A stretch of 64,000 bases of DNA from an uncultured Bdellovibrionales bacterium. GTDB taxonomy: Bacteria > Patescibacteriota > Minisyncoccia > Moranbacterales > GWC2-37-73. The stretch lies in the NCBI GenBank assembly GCA_964484505.1, contig CAZAFB010000003.1, positions 37,044 through 101,043 of the forward strand, read 5' to 3'. The notes under the pieces are model-generated. The model had not been told where the DNA came from, did not search any database, and saw only the letters and a program-made list of their open reading frames with translations. Made by a program: the position numbers and the translations under genes. Numbering within the stretch: position 1 is the first letter of the stretch; each line of letters opens with the position of its first letter. Shown piece after piece: positions 21,366 through 31,137 of this stretch.

Positions 21366-21935
21366 CTATTCTGAAAAAGTGTTGCTGATTTTCTCAGTTA
21401 ACGATAAAGTAGCGGCTAATTCTTCTTCTGAAAAATCCTTAAGTACAAACACGTCTCCTGTCATGGTGCGTGTTTTTTTGCGTTCTGTTCCTTCAATGCC
21501 GATGCGGATGCGCTTGAATTGTTGCGTGCCCAGATGATCTACAATAGATTGTACGCCATTGTGACCGCCAGCAGAGACATCGGTTGAAATTTTGAAAGCC
21601 CCAAGATCTATATCAAGATCGTCATGAACAACAACAATGTCATCCGGGGATAATTTATAAAAATCCATAATTGCTCGCACAACTTGTCCTGAGCGGTTCA
21701 TGAATGATTGAGGCTTGACCAAGATGTAATGCTCTCCGAAGGTTGATCCTTCAGATTCCGAAGGTTCAACCTTCGGAAGTACACCTTCAGACAACTCGGC
21801 GTTGAATTTGTTGCTGAATTGAAATTCAGGCAGATCCCACTTTTTTCTCAATTCATCAAGTACGATGAATCCCGCATTGTGTCGGGTTTTTTCATATTGC
21901 TTGCCGGGATTGCCGAGACCGATTATTAGTTTCAT
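21366..21935 (-). CDS. pth: Peptidyl-tRNA hydrolase
   Basis: MKLIIGLGNPG ... TRHNAGF. Confidence 0.9.
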   Translation of the reverse strand: MKLIIGLGNPGKQYEKTRHNAGFIVLDELRKKWDLPEFQFSNKFNAELSEGVLPKVEPSESEGSTFGEHYILVKPQSFMNRSGQVVRAIMDFYKLSPDDIVVVHDDLDIDLGAFKISTDVSAGGHNGVQSIVDHLGTQQFKRIRIGIEGTERKKTRTMTGDVFVLKDFSEEELAATLSLTEKISNTFSE

Positions 21936-22079
21936 AGTTCTATAAATTACAAATTGTTTACAAATTATTCTATATTAAGTATCCTTTTATATCTTACACC
22001 TTGTGATGTTATATTTACCAGTAAGGCAAGGTCGGTGGCATCTTTTTTGTATATTTGTATTGATTTGTAATTTGTAGGT

Positions 22080-23696
22080 TCATTCGTCCTGGGCTTTGTT
22101 GAATTCCTCAATAGTGTTCTCCTCATATCCATAAGTATCCGCCAAATCTTTGCCTAGCACAATAATGAAATCATAATTATTTTTTATTTCTACGGGATTA
22201 TCCGTTGAGAGCTTGGCAGGAAGTTTTTTGGTCAGCTCATCCAAGGTGAATAGTTTTTGTCCCGAGGTGTTGTCTTGAACAAATGAATCATCTTGTTCGG
22301 CTTTTGTTTTTTCGTTTTCTATAATGACATTTTTCATGTTCAATCTGCCTTCAAGAAGGGAATTTATTTTTTGAGGCAGGGAATGGTCACCGCTGCGGTT
22401 GATGATTGCGAGGGAAGCGTCTTCATTGGCGATATTCTCTTGTCTTTTTTTCAAAATGTCTTGGTTAAAAATATTTTGTGCCAATTCTTGGATTTCACTA
22501 TAATTGCCAACTCTTGGGATAAGAATGAAAGCATTGACTCCACCCAGCTCGACATGCGAGACCTTCAGCAAGCTTTCCGGCTTCCAAGCGTCCACAACTG
22601 CGTTGGTGATGTTTTGCATATCAACCATGCGTGAAAGTTTCAAAAATTGTTCCATTTCTTCCAAAGATAAATCTGTTTTGATATTATTTCCCACTGAATT
22701 CAGAATGGCGTTAATGGTAAGCGGATTTAACAATGTTTGCGCGGAAAAAATTTTATTTTTTACTGCTTGGATAACTTGCTGCTGTCTTTTGGCGCGACCG
22801 AAATCGCCTTGCGGATCGTCATGGCGTTCGCGCACATACTTGAGCGCCGTTGCTCCGTCCAAATCCTGAAGTCCCTTGTCCAATTTGAAAGTTTCATAAC
22901 TGTAGTTTGGACCGGGATAGCGCGTATCATAGATATCGCGCTCTACGGTAACCTTTATTCCACCGATTTTATCAATCACTTGGGTGAACGCATCGAAATC
23001 AACAACAGCGTAATAATGCATTTCAAGTCCTGTTATTTCAGCCACTGCTTGCTTCGCATAATCAGCATTTTTATCTTCCGCAAGACTGATTTGATAAACA
23101 CTGTTGAGTTTGGTATGAATTTGCGAATGGCCCAGTTTTACATATAAGTCGCGGGGCAGTGAAAGCAAGGCCACCTTTTTGTTTTGGGTATCTATGCTCA
23201 TGATCATTATTGTGTCCGTAAGATTCTTGCCTGGTTTCTTTTCACCGGCAGCTCCCAGAAGCAGGATATTGATCCGTCCTTCGTCATATCCGCGCAGAGT
23301 CATCTTGGTATCGTCAGCGCCAAGTAGGGAGGACATGGTACCCCGTACATTTTCCGAAAATGAGCCGTTATGTTGTGAGACGGAAATCTTTTTGCCGGTA
23401 GAATATGTTTTCCAGACAAGAAATCCCGCGCTGATGATTGCAAAAAACAATAATAGTACAAAAAAAAGTAAGCTTAATTTGCGCACAATCTTCTTATTTT
23501 TTGGCGCTGGCTTTTGGGATATAATTCCATATTCTTTTTTTAGTGCCTCTCTTGCTCTCATTTCTGTATCCCGAATATTTTGATCAGCTGTTTGATTGAA
23601 ATTTTTTGGGGTATCAGAAAGAGCCGTATTTGTCGGACGGCTTGGCAGTGGGTGTGCTATTTTTCTTTGTTGAGGCTGTCTGCGTACGATATCCAT
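22080..23696 (-). CDS. LytR-CpsA-Psr (LCP) family cell envelope protein with a cytoplasmic tail, TM and C-terminal extension
   Basis: LCP core INILLLG ... DTIMIMSID ... LLSLPRDLYV. Confidence 0.8.
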   Translation of the reverse strand: MDIVRRQPQQRKIAHPLPSRPTNTALSDTPKNFNQTADQNIRDTEMRAREALKKEYGIISQKPAPKNKKIVRKLSLLFFVLLLFFAIISAGFLVWKTYSTGKKISVSQHNGSFSENVRGTMSSLLGADDTKMTLRGYDEGRINILLLGAAGEKKPGKNLTDTIMIMSIDTQNKKVALLSLPRDLYVKLGHSQIHTKLNSVYQISLAEDKNADYAKQAVAEITGLEMHYYAVVDFDAFTQVIDKIGGIKVTVERDIYDTRYPGPNYSYETFKLDKGLQDLDGATALKYVRERHDDPQGDFGRAKRQQQVIQAVKNKIFSAQTLLNPLTINAILNSVGNNIKTDLSLEEMEQFLKLSRMVDMQNITNAVVDAWKPESLLKVSHVELGGVNAFILIPRVGNYSEIQELAQNIFNQDILKKRQENIANEDASLAIINRSGDHSLPQKINSLLEGRLNMKNVIIENEKTKAEQDDSFVQDNTSGQKLFTLDELTKKLPAKLSTDNPVEIKNNYDFIIVLGKDLADTYGYEENTIEEFNKAQDE

Positions 23697-23799
23697 ATAT
23701 CTATGTTATCTCAGCAACAATTCCCAGTCAAAGAGACTATTGCGTCAGGCTTTGGAAAATGGTATGATATGCGTATTGACATTAAATATTGGCTTAAAT

Positions 23800-24429
23800 A
23801 TGGAAAAAAACGAGATAAATGTGGCTGTGGATAAGACAGAGCAGCTTTATTATGGGGTTGGTAATTTTCTTTGGGAAGTAGTCAAGGTTTTTTTCTGGGC
23901 ATTGGTTATTATAATGCCTATAAGGATTTTTCTTTTCCAGCCTTTTTTTGTGCAAGGAGCGAGTATGGAACCTAACTTTGACGACGGTGATTATCTGATC
24001 GTGAATGAATTGGGATACAAAAAGACCACAGTCGGAACAGGTTTTGCTGATTTTTTTACAGTCACTCCCTTCAAGGAGTTGGAGCGCGGCGATATTGTTG
24101 TTTTCAAATATCCCAAGAATCCGCAGCAATATTTTATCAAGCGCATTATCGCTCTTCCGGGAGAGAAGATCCAGATCAGTGCTGGCAAAGTAATTATATT
24201 CAATAGTCAAAATCCCGAAGGACTTGCTTTGGATGAAAGTTATTTGTCAGAGGGCCTAGAGACAACTCCGGAAATTGCTCGCACGCTTTCTGATAGTGAA
24301 TATTTTGTAATGGGTGATAATCGAAAGGCGAGTCATGATTCCAGAGCCTGGGGTCCGCTTCCAAAAGACATGGTTATAGGAAAAGTTCTTTTGCGTGCCT
24401 GGCCTGTTAATAAGGCTAACATTTTTTGA
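23800..24429 (+). CDS. lepB: Signal peptidase I
   Basis: Catalytic boxes GASMEP, GDIVVF, RIIALPGE and GDNRKASHDSR. The upstream in-frame extension from 23740 is less likely. Confidence 0.85.
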   Translation: MEKNEINVAVDKTEQLYYGVGNFLWEVVKVFFWALVIIMPIRIFLFQPFFVQGASMEPNFDDGDYLIVNELGYKKTTVGTGFADFFTVTPFKELERGDIVVFKYPKNPQQYFIKRIIALPGEKIQISAGKVIIFNSQNPEGLALDESYLSEGLETTPEIARTLSDSEYFVMGDNRKASHDSRAWGPLPKDMVIGKVLLRAWPVNKANIF

Positions 24430-24556
24430 TGTATCAGTTTTTTTCAGGAGAAATATAGAGTCCGAGAATTTGCACATTTACCAGCAATATATTCAGTAAT
24501 AAACCTATCCCTCATGAATCTTAGACCTCTTGTCTTTGACGCAGGATCGATAGTTT

Positions 24557-26002
24557 GTGATCAGGATTATGACGCCCAAGAAATCAGCTAAGAAGCAAGC
24601 ATCCTTAAAAGCCAAAACGACAGCAAAGAAGGCTGTTGTCAAATCTGTGTCTGCCAAAAAGAGAGTGAAGAAAAATTTTGAAAAGCAAGGAAATCCCTTA
24701 GTCGAAATAATGCTTCAACCGCCGCGTGGAATGCGCGACCTGCTTCCTGGCGAACAACCATATTGGAATCAAATTCGTCGTGTTACTCAGCGTATGGCTT
24801 TGGAATATGGATTTTCCAGAATAGATTTGCCGGTTGTTGAATATGCCAACTTGTTTGTGCGTTCCATAGGCGAGGGGACAGATATTATCGACAAGGAGAT
24901 GTATATTTTCAATACCAAGGGAGGCGACAGGGTTGCGCTTCGCCCGGAATTTACTGCTGGCATAGCTCGTGCTTATATTCAGCACGGGATGAATGTTTTG
25001 CCAAAGCCGGTAAAACTTTTTTCGACCGGACAAGTATATCGCTACGATCGTCCTCAAGAGGGTCGCTATAGAGAGCACTGGCAAGCTAATTTTGATGTTT
25101 TTGGCGAACAAGACGCGATACTTGATGCCCAAGTGATCCAAATGGCTCACCGGGTGGTTACAGGTCTTGGAATCAAAAATATCGAGTTTCAGGTCAATTC
25201 CATCGGTTGTCCCAAATGTCGCAAGGAATATCAAGATCTGCTTGTGGCATATTTTGAATCAAAAAAACAAAAACTTTGTCTGAATTGCAAAAAACGTCTG
25301 GAAACAAATCCCCTGCGCATTTTAGATTGCAAAGAAGACAAATGTATGCAGGTTGCGGCAAGTGCCCCGCAATCGATAGATCATCTTTGCGCAGAATGTC
25401 GTACTCATTTCAAAAATCTGTTGGAATATCTTGACGAACTTGATTTGCCTTATGTCATAAATCCTCGTTTGGTGCGCGGTCTGAGTTATTATACTAAAAC
25501 TGTTTTTGAAGTATGGTCTGTTGATGAAGAGGGTAGAAAATATTCCTTTGGCGGTGGGGGCAGATATGATCACCTTGTCGAACATATAGGGGGTGAACAT
25601 ACGCCGGCAATCGGTTTCGGTTTAGGAATGGATCGCTTGGTAAATGAAATGAAGAGAGTTCATGCTAAATTCTATGTTGAACCTAAGCCGCGGATATTCT
25701 TGGCGCAGCTTGGTGATTTGGCCAAGAAAAAAAGCTTAAGGTTGTTTGCCGAGCTTCAAAAAAACGGCATTCTTGCCGCGGAAAGTTTTGGCAGAGGGTC
25801 GCTCAAATCACAGCTTCGTGTTGCTGATAAGTTGGGGGTGGAAATAACCCTGATTGTCGGACAGAAAGAAGCTTTGGATGGAACTGTAATCATCAAAGAC
25901 ATGGTTAGCGGCACTCAAGAAACCGTTTCTAACGAAAAAATTGTTAATATGGTAAGGAAACTTCTTAAAAATAATAATGTTGTGGTTTCCCACAACTCAT
26001 AA
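24557..26002 (+). CDS. hisS: Histidyl-tRNA synthetase with a Lys/Ala-rich N-terminal extension
   Basis: Class II HisRS motifs (GMRDLLP, RPEFTAG, YRYDRPQEGR) after an approximately 50 aa KKxA tail. Confidence 0.9.
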   Translation: MIRIMTPKKSAKKQASLKAKTTAKKAVVKSVSAKKRVKKNFEKQGNPLVEIMLQPPRGMRDLLPGEQPYWNQIRRVTQRMALEYGFSRIDLPVVEYANLFVRSIGEGTDIIDKEMYIFNTKGGDRVALRPEFTAGIARAYIQHGMNVLPKPVKLFSTGQVYRYDRPQEGRYREHWQANFDVFGEQDAILDAQVIQMAHRVVTGLGIKNIEFQVNSIGCPKCRKEYQDLLVAYFESKKQKLCLNCKKRLETNPLRILDCKEDKCMQVAASAPQSIDHLCAECRTHFKNLLEYLDELDLPYVINPRLVRGLSYYTKTVFEVWSVDEEGRKYSFGGGGRYDHLVEHIGGEHTPAIGFGLGMDRLVNEMKRVHAKFYVEPKPRIFLAQLGDLAKKKSLRLFAELQKNGILAAESFGRGSLKSQLRVADKLGVEITLIVGQKEALDGTVIIKDMVSGTQETVSNEKIVNMVRKLLKNNNVVVSHNS

Positions 26003-26066
26003 ATAAAAAAACAGAACCTTGTGCGCCTGGTTTGTGGATCATGCGCCTGGCGTTTTGGAAAAACGT

Positions 26067-26420
26067 ATGCAGTGCATTTTTTGCAAAATCGCCTCCAAAG
26101 AAGTCCCTGCGGACATAGTCTGGGAAGATGATGATGTGGTGGCTTTTCACGACATCAAAGCATTGGCCCCGGTCCACATACTGGTCATTCCCAAGAAACA
26201 TTTTTCCAGCCTTAATGATATAACCGACAATGATAAGGCACTCATGGGAAAACTGATGATTAGCGCTCAAAAAGTTGCTGAAAAAATGGGGATTGCCAAA
26301 GAGGGATATAAATTTTTAATAAGAGTTGGCCAACATGGTGGTCAGGAAGTGGATCATCTGCATATCCACATAATCGGTGGAACCCAACTGTTTGAGGAAA
26401 TTCATCCTCTGTTGCAGTAA
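26067..26420 (+). CDS. HIT family histidine triad protein
   Basis: HLHIHII motif. Confidence 0.8.
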   Translation: MQCIFCKIASKEVPADIVWEDDDVVAFHDIKALAPVHILVIPKKHFSSLNDITDNDKALMGKLMISAQKVAEKMGIAKEGYKFLIRVGQHGGQEVDHLHIHIIGGTQLFEEIHPLLQ

Positions 26421-26560
26421 TTTTGACTTATTATCGCTGTCATGTTATGGTAAGGCAAAGCCGGCCTAGGAATTGGGAGAGTTTTGACTTTCGCCAGGTT
26501 TGCGCTTATAAAAGGCTAATTATCAATTTTTTTGATAAAATTTTAGAGGGGAGGTTTTAT

Positions 26561-26815
26561 ATGATTGAAGTAAAAAAGAAGGATAGGGAAACCGCTGAAA
26601 GTTTGATTAGGCGCTTTTCAAGGCGTATCCAACAAAGCGGCGTTTTGGTAAGAGCTCGCAAAACCAGGTTCCGCACGGAGGAAAAAAGTAAGCGTGAAAA
26701 GAGACAAGAAGCTCTATACAAAGTCAAAATTCGTAAAGAAATAGACAAGCTTAAGAAATTAGGTAAGTTTGACGATGAAGCTTTGCGAAATATCAAACGC
26801 AAAATGGGCGAATAA
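26561..26815 (+). CDS. rpsU: 30S ribosomal protein S21
   Basis: MIEVKKKDRETAESLIRRFSRRIQQSGVLVRARKTRFRTEEKSKREKR is S21-like. Confidence 0.75.
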   Translation: MIEVKKKDRETAESLIRRFSRRIQQSGVLVRARKTRFRTEEKSKREKRQEALYKVKIRKEIDKLKKLGKFDDEALRNIKRKMGE

Positions 26816-26893
26816 AATAGGTTGCGAATCAGTGCGAATGTAATGCATATGCTAATATTTGCGAATCATTCATTCGCATCAATTTGTATCTTT

Positions 26894-27352
26894 ATGACTA
26901 TAAAGAATAAAATCCAAGAAGATCTTAAAGCGGCAATGAAATCGGGCGATAGCTTTCGTCGCGATGTTTTGCGCTTGCTGGATAGTGCTATCAAGAATGT
27001 GGAAATAGAAAAGAAAAAACGCGAAGAAGGATTGAGTGAAGAAGAGGTTATAGAAGTCATTTCCAGGGCGGTAAAACAAAGACAAGACAGCATCAAACAA
27101 TATAATGATGGCGGGCGAGGAGACTTGGCCGAGAAAGAACAAAAAGAACTTGATATAATCATGGAATATATGCCGGAGCAGCTTTCCGAAGATGAAATCG
27201 AAAAGATCGTTGCGGAAACTATTTCCCAAGTGGGAGTTTTGTCGCCTGCTGATATGGGCAAGGTCATGAGTATGGTGATGGCGAAGTTGAAAGGAAAGGC
27301 TGATGGTAACGTTGTGCGCGACATAGTTCAGAAAAAATTGGCGGCAAAATAA
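26894..27352 (+). CDS. GatB/YqeY domain protein
   Basis: IKNKIQEDLKAAMKSGD ... MGKVMSMVMAKLKGKADG. Confidence 0.8.
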   Translation: MTIKNKIQEDLKAAMKSGDSFRRDVLRLLDSAIKNVEIEKKKREEGLSEEEVIEVISRAVKQRQDSIKQYNDGGRGDLAEKEQKELDIIMEYMPEQLSEDEIEKIVAETISQVGVLSPADMGKVMSMVMAKLKGKADGNVVRDIVQKKLAAK

Positions 27353-27354
27353 GC

Positions 27355-27825
27355 ATGACTATATCTGTAAATAAAAGGATTTGCAAATTGGAAGTACAGG
27401 TAAATAATTGTACGGATTATAATTTTTCTAAAAGGCAAATTAGGGATGTCTGCCGCAAAGCGATTGATTTGTATCGCGCTCATAATGCAGGAAAGGAAGA
27501 ATTTTCCATAAGCATTGCTTTGGTAGGGCAGAATGAGATGCGAAAGTTGAACAGAAATTTTAGAAAAAAAGACAAGGTAACGGACGTGCTTTCATTTTGC
27601 GAAGAGGAATCTATCCCTGATATCATAGAAGAGGGACAAAAAAAATATTTGGGTGAAATAATATTATGTCCTTCATATATCGATAACGACACTCAATTTT
27701 TTGTGGCTCTCGCTCATGGCACTCTCCATCTCTTGGGCGCAAGGCATGGCAAAAAAATGTTTGCAATTCAGGAGGAAGCCGGATCTTCCATAATAAAAAA
27801 AGTATCAAAAAACAAAGATGAATGA
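27355..27825 (+). CDS. ybeY: Endoribonuclease YbeY
   Basis: HGTLHLLG zinc-binding motif. Confidence 0.8.
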   Translation: MTISVNKRICKLEVQVNNCTDYNFSKRQIRDVCRKAIDLYRAHNAGKEEFSISIALVGQNEMRKLNRNFRKKDKVTDVLSFCEEESIPDIIEEGQKKYLGEIILCPSYIDNDTQFFVALAHGTLHLLGARHGKKMFAIQEEAGSSIIKKVSKNKDE

Positions 27826-28210
27826 AGAGATAAGGAAATTCAACAGAAGTGTTTCACATGCCGTTGATGGATTGGTTTATGCTCTCAAACATGAGCGCAA
27901 TTTTCGTGTCGAAATTGTGATTGCGGCGGTGGTATTGTTTCTGATTTTTGTTTTTAAAGTGAAAAATTGGGAGGCTATAGTTTTGATTCTGATGATTTTG
28001 GGCGTGCTTGTGGCAGAACTAACAAACACCGTCCTGGAAAGGGTTGTGGATATGCTTAAACCGAAAATTCATCCCTACGCCAGACTTATCAAGGACATTA
28101 TGGCTGCGGTGGTACTTCTCACTTCGGTAGTTTCGGCGGTTGTAGGTGTGATAATTTTTTATCCGTATATTCGTGATTTGATTGTGATTTTTTTCAATGG
28201 CAAATTATAA
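27818..28210 (+). CDS. dgkA: Diacylglycerol/undecaprenol kinase family membrane protein
   Basis: Three TM helices and DgkA-like conserved residues (ELTNTVLERVVDM). Confidence 0.75.
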   Translation: MNEEIRKFNRSVSHAVDGLVYALKHERNFRVEIVIAAVVLFLIFVFKVKNWEAIVLILMILGVLVAELTNTVLERVVDMLKPKIHPYARLIKDIMAAVVLLTSVVSAVVGVIIFYPYIRDLIVIFFNGKL

Positions 28211-28284
28211 TTCTGATTCGAACAAATTTTTGCTATAATAAAAAGTACGTGTCTGGTTACCGGTAAAAAACAAAAAAACGAAAA

Positions 28285-29544
28285 TTGATCATGGAAAAGA
28301 TAAATCCCATAGTTGGCATAGATATAGGCTCTTCTTCAGTCCGCACCATAATTGCGGACATTGGTCGTGGTGATACTGATCCCAGGGTGATTGGTATCGG
28401 CATAGAATCTTCAGTGGGAATAAGGCGTGGCTCTGTGGTTGATGTTACTGAAGTGGTTAAGTGCATCAATGCTTCAGTGGAAGCAGCGGAAAGAATGGCA
28501 GGAATAGCCGTGGAAGACGCTTTGGTTAGCATAGGTGGTACAGGTATAGTCTTTCAATATGCCAAGGGCGTCGTGGCAGTGGCTAAGGCTGACGGGGAAG
28601 TAACGGAAGAAGATTTGAATAGGGCTATAAGTGAGGCGCAGGTTTTTCAAGTTCCTGCCAATAATGAAATATTGCATGTGATACCGCGTAGTTTCAGATT
28701 GGATGATCAGGATGGTATCAGGGATCCCGTGGGAATGAAAGGAGTGCGTCTGGAAGTGGATGCTTTGATAATCCAAAGCAATTCTTCCCAAATAAAGAAT
28801 CTTACCAAATGCGTGTATCAATCAGGCATAGAAATAGCCGACATGGTGCTTTCTCCTTTGGCAGCTTCTCGGGCAGTGCTGACCAAAAAACAAAAAGAAT
28901 TGGGAGTGGCTTTGGTTAATATTGGTGGCGGAACCACCTCGTTGGCCATATATGAGGAAGGTGATCTTTTACATACGACTATTCTCCCAGTTGGAGCGGG
29001 GCACATAACTAATGATATTGCTATTGGTTTGCGTACATCAATTGAAGTTGCTGAGCGTGTAAAATTGGAATTCGGCGCAGCTTGCCCGGATTATGTGGAT
29101 AAAAAAGAAGAAATTGACCTTTCATTGATTGATTCCGGGGAAGAGGGCGTGGTCTCGCGACATCATGTTTCTGAAATAATCGAGGCCAGGCTGGAAGAAC
29201 TTTTTGAACTGGTCCATGCCGAATTGCGCTCGGCCGGCAAAGCCGGGCTTCTTCCCGCGGGAATAGTGCTTACTGGCGGAGGGGCGAAGATGCCACATAT
29301 TGTGGAACTTGCCAAAGAAAAATTGAAATTACCCATGCAAGTCGGTTTTCCGCAGGGTTTGGGTGGAATTTTGGATAAAGTTGACGACCCATCTTTCACA
29401 ACCGCTGCCGGTCTTGTCCTTTGGGGAGCAGACCAGGGGTCTTCAAAACATGCGTCGCAATCCGGAATGACTAAAATGTTTTCTAAAAATGCCGGTGAAA
29501 CAATGGATACATTCAGGAAATTGATGAAAAAGTTCCTGCCCTGA
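28285..29544 (+). CDS. ftsA: Cell division protein FtsA
   Basis: Actin-fold ATPase, GIDIGSSSVR. Confidence 0.9.
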   Translation: MIMEKINPIVGIDIGSSSVRTIIADIGRGDTDPRVIGIGIESSVGIRRGSVVDVTEVVKCINASVEAAERMAGIAVEDALVSIGGTGIVFQYAKGVVAVAKADGEVTEEDLNRAISEAQVFQVPANNEILHVIPRSFRLDDQDGIRDPVGMKGVRLEVDALIIQSNSSQIKNLTKCVYQSGIEIADMVLSPLAASRAVLTKKQKELGVALVNIGGGTTSLAIYEEGDLLHTTILPVGAGHITNDIAIGLRTSIEVAERVKLEFGAACPDYVDKKEEIDLSLIDSGEEGVVSRHHVSEIIEARLEELFELVHAELRSAGKAGLLPAGIVLTGGGAKMPHIVELAKEKLKLPMQVGFPQGLGGILDKVDDPSFTTAAGLVLWGADQGSSKHASQSGMTKMFSKNAGETMDTFRKLMKKFLP

Positions 29545-29700
29545 GCGCGATTTACCTTATTTGACATGAGTATAGTTGACGTGATACATTTAGGTACTAG
29601 AGAAAAAAACAAAAACTTCCAAAAATAAAACAAAAATAGATGCAAAGAGTTTGCTAACTATTTTTCATATTGATCAGGAGAATTTTGATCAGGAAACCCT

Positions 29701-30957
29701 ATGGCTGAAATAAAACCAGACATTGAAACATTTGCACGCATAAAAGTAGTCGGAGTCGGAGGTTCTGGCGGTAATGCTTTGAGCCGGATGATCGATGCAA
29801 AGATAAAAGGAGTTGAATATGTGGCGATCAACACTGATGCGCAGGCTTTGCATCACTCCAAAGCTTCGGAAAAGGTACATATAGGCAAAAACCTAACCAA
29901 AGGATTGGGAGCAGGAATGAATCCGGAAGTGGGAAGGCAGGCTGCCGAAGAGAATCGTGAGGAAATTCAAGAAGTGCTCAAGGGAGCAGATATGGTTTTT
30001 GTAACTTGTGGTTTGGGTGGAGGAACGGGAACCGGAGCGGCTCCTGTGGTTGCTGAGACTGCTAAAGAGTTAGGTGCACTCACAGTGGCTGTTGTCACCA
30101 AGCCTTTTTCTTTTGAAGGAGCGCAAAGGCGTGCTATCGGTGAAGAAGGTTTGCAGAATCTCAAAGATCGCGTTGATACTTTGATTACAATTCCTAATGA
30201 CAAATTGCTTTCCATTATTGATCGCAAGACAACCTTAATCAGCGCTTTTCGCATCGTGGATGATATCCTAAGACAAGGTGTGCAGGGAATTTCTGATTTG
30301 ATCACAAAGCCCGGAATTGTTAATGTAGACTTTGCCGATGTTCGCGCAATTATGCAAGACAGTGGCTCGGCCCTCATGGGAATCGGCATTGCCAGTGGTG
30401 AAAGTCGTGCTTCCGAAGCTGCCAAAGCGGCAATTAATAGTCCACTTCTGGAACTTTCTGTTGATGGAGCGAAGGGAGTACTTTTCAATATTTCTGGTTC
30501 CAGTGATCTGACGATGTTGGAAATAAACGAAGCTGCCAATATTATCACTGAAAGCATTGATCCGAACGCAAAAGTTATTTTCGGTGCGGTTGTTGATGAT
30601 CAGGTTAAGAAAGGCGAGATTCATATCACGGTGGTGGCAACAGGCTTTGATGCCGAAAGGGAAGCAAGGAAAGAAAATCTTTTGGTAAATCGTGTTTCTC
30701 CGAAGTCGCAAGTTGCTCAGGTTCAGCAGCAGACATATACAGCTCCGGCCTATTCTGAAGAAAAGGTTCAGTCGGTTGCTGCAAAAGAGGAACTCGAAGA
30801 TAAAATAACTTTTCCAACCAAGAGAATACTTGAGCCGAAAATGATTATTGAAGAGAAGATTCAGCCTCGTCCGATTGCACCGGTCGCGCAGACTCAAGAA
30901 CCGGAAGAAGAGGAATTGGAAATCCCAGCATTTATTAGAAGAAAAATGCAGAAATAA
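29701..30957 (+). CDS. ftsZ: Cell division GTPase FtsZ
   Basis: Tubulin signature GGGTGTG. Confidence 0.95.
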   Translation: MAEIKPDIETFARIKVVGVGGSGGNALSRMIDAKIKGVEYVAINTDAQALHHSKASEKVHIGKNLTKGLGAGMNPEVGRQAAEENREEIQEVLKGADMVFVTCGLGGGTGTGAAPVVAETAKELGALTVAVVTKPFSFEGAQRRAIGEEGLQNLKDRVDTLITIPNDKLLSIIDRKTTLISAFRIVDDILRQGVQGISDLITKPGIVNVDFADVRAIMQDSGSALMGIGIASGESRASEAAKAAINSPLLELSVDGAKGVLFNISGSSDLTMLEINEAANIITESIDPNAKVIFGAVVDDQVKKGEIHITVVATGFDAEREARKENLLVNRVSPKSQVAQVQQQTYTAPAYSEEKVQSVAAKEELEDKITFPTKRILEPKMIIEEKIQPRPIAPVAQTQEPEEEELEIPAFIRRKMQK

Positions 30958-30986
30958 CTTTCAACTTACAATTTACAATAAATGAC

Positions 30987-31010
30987 AAAAGCGGGGCATC
31001 CGCTTTTTTG
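30987..31010 (+). terminator. Rho-independent terminator after ftsZ
   Basis: AAAAGCGGGGCATCCGCTTTTTTG. Confidence 0.75.
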
Positions 31011-31137
31011 TTTGCTGCCTGCAGTGAACCCCTGTGGCTTGCTGTGCATAACTAAGCGCTTCTTTGATGAAATAGTTTGGTATATAATGTATTTGTGGTC
31101 TAAATAAAAATATTTAGAGAAAAATTAAACCAAAAAT

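Noticed and set aside
29967-30897. 196 aa and 209 aa ORFs antisense to ftsZ
   Set aside because: They are embedded in ftsZ and arise as codon-bias artefacts.
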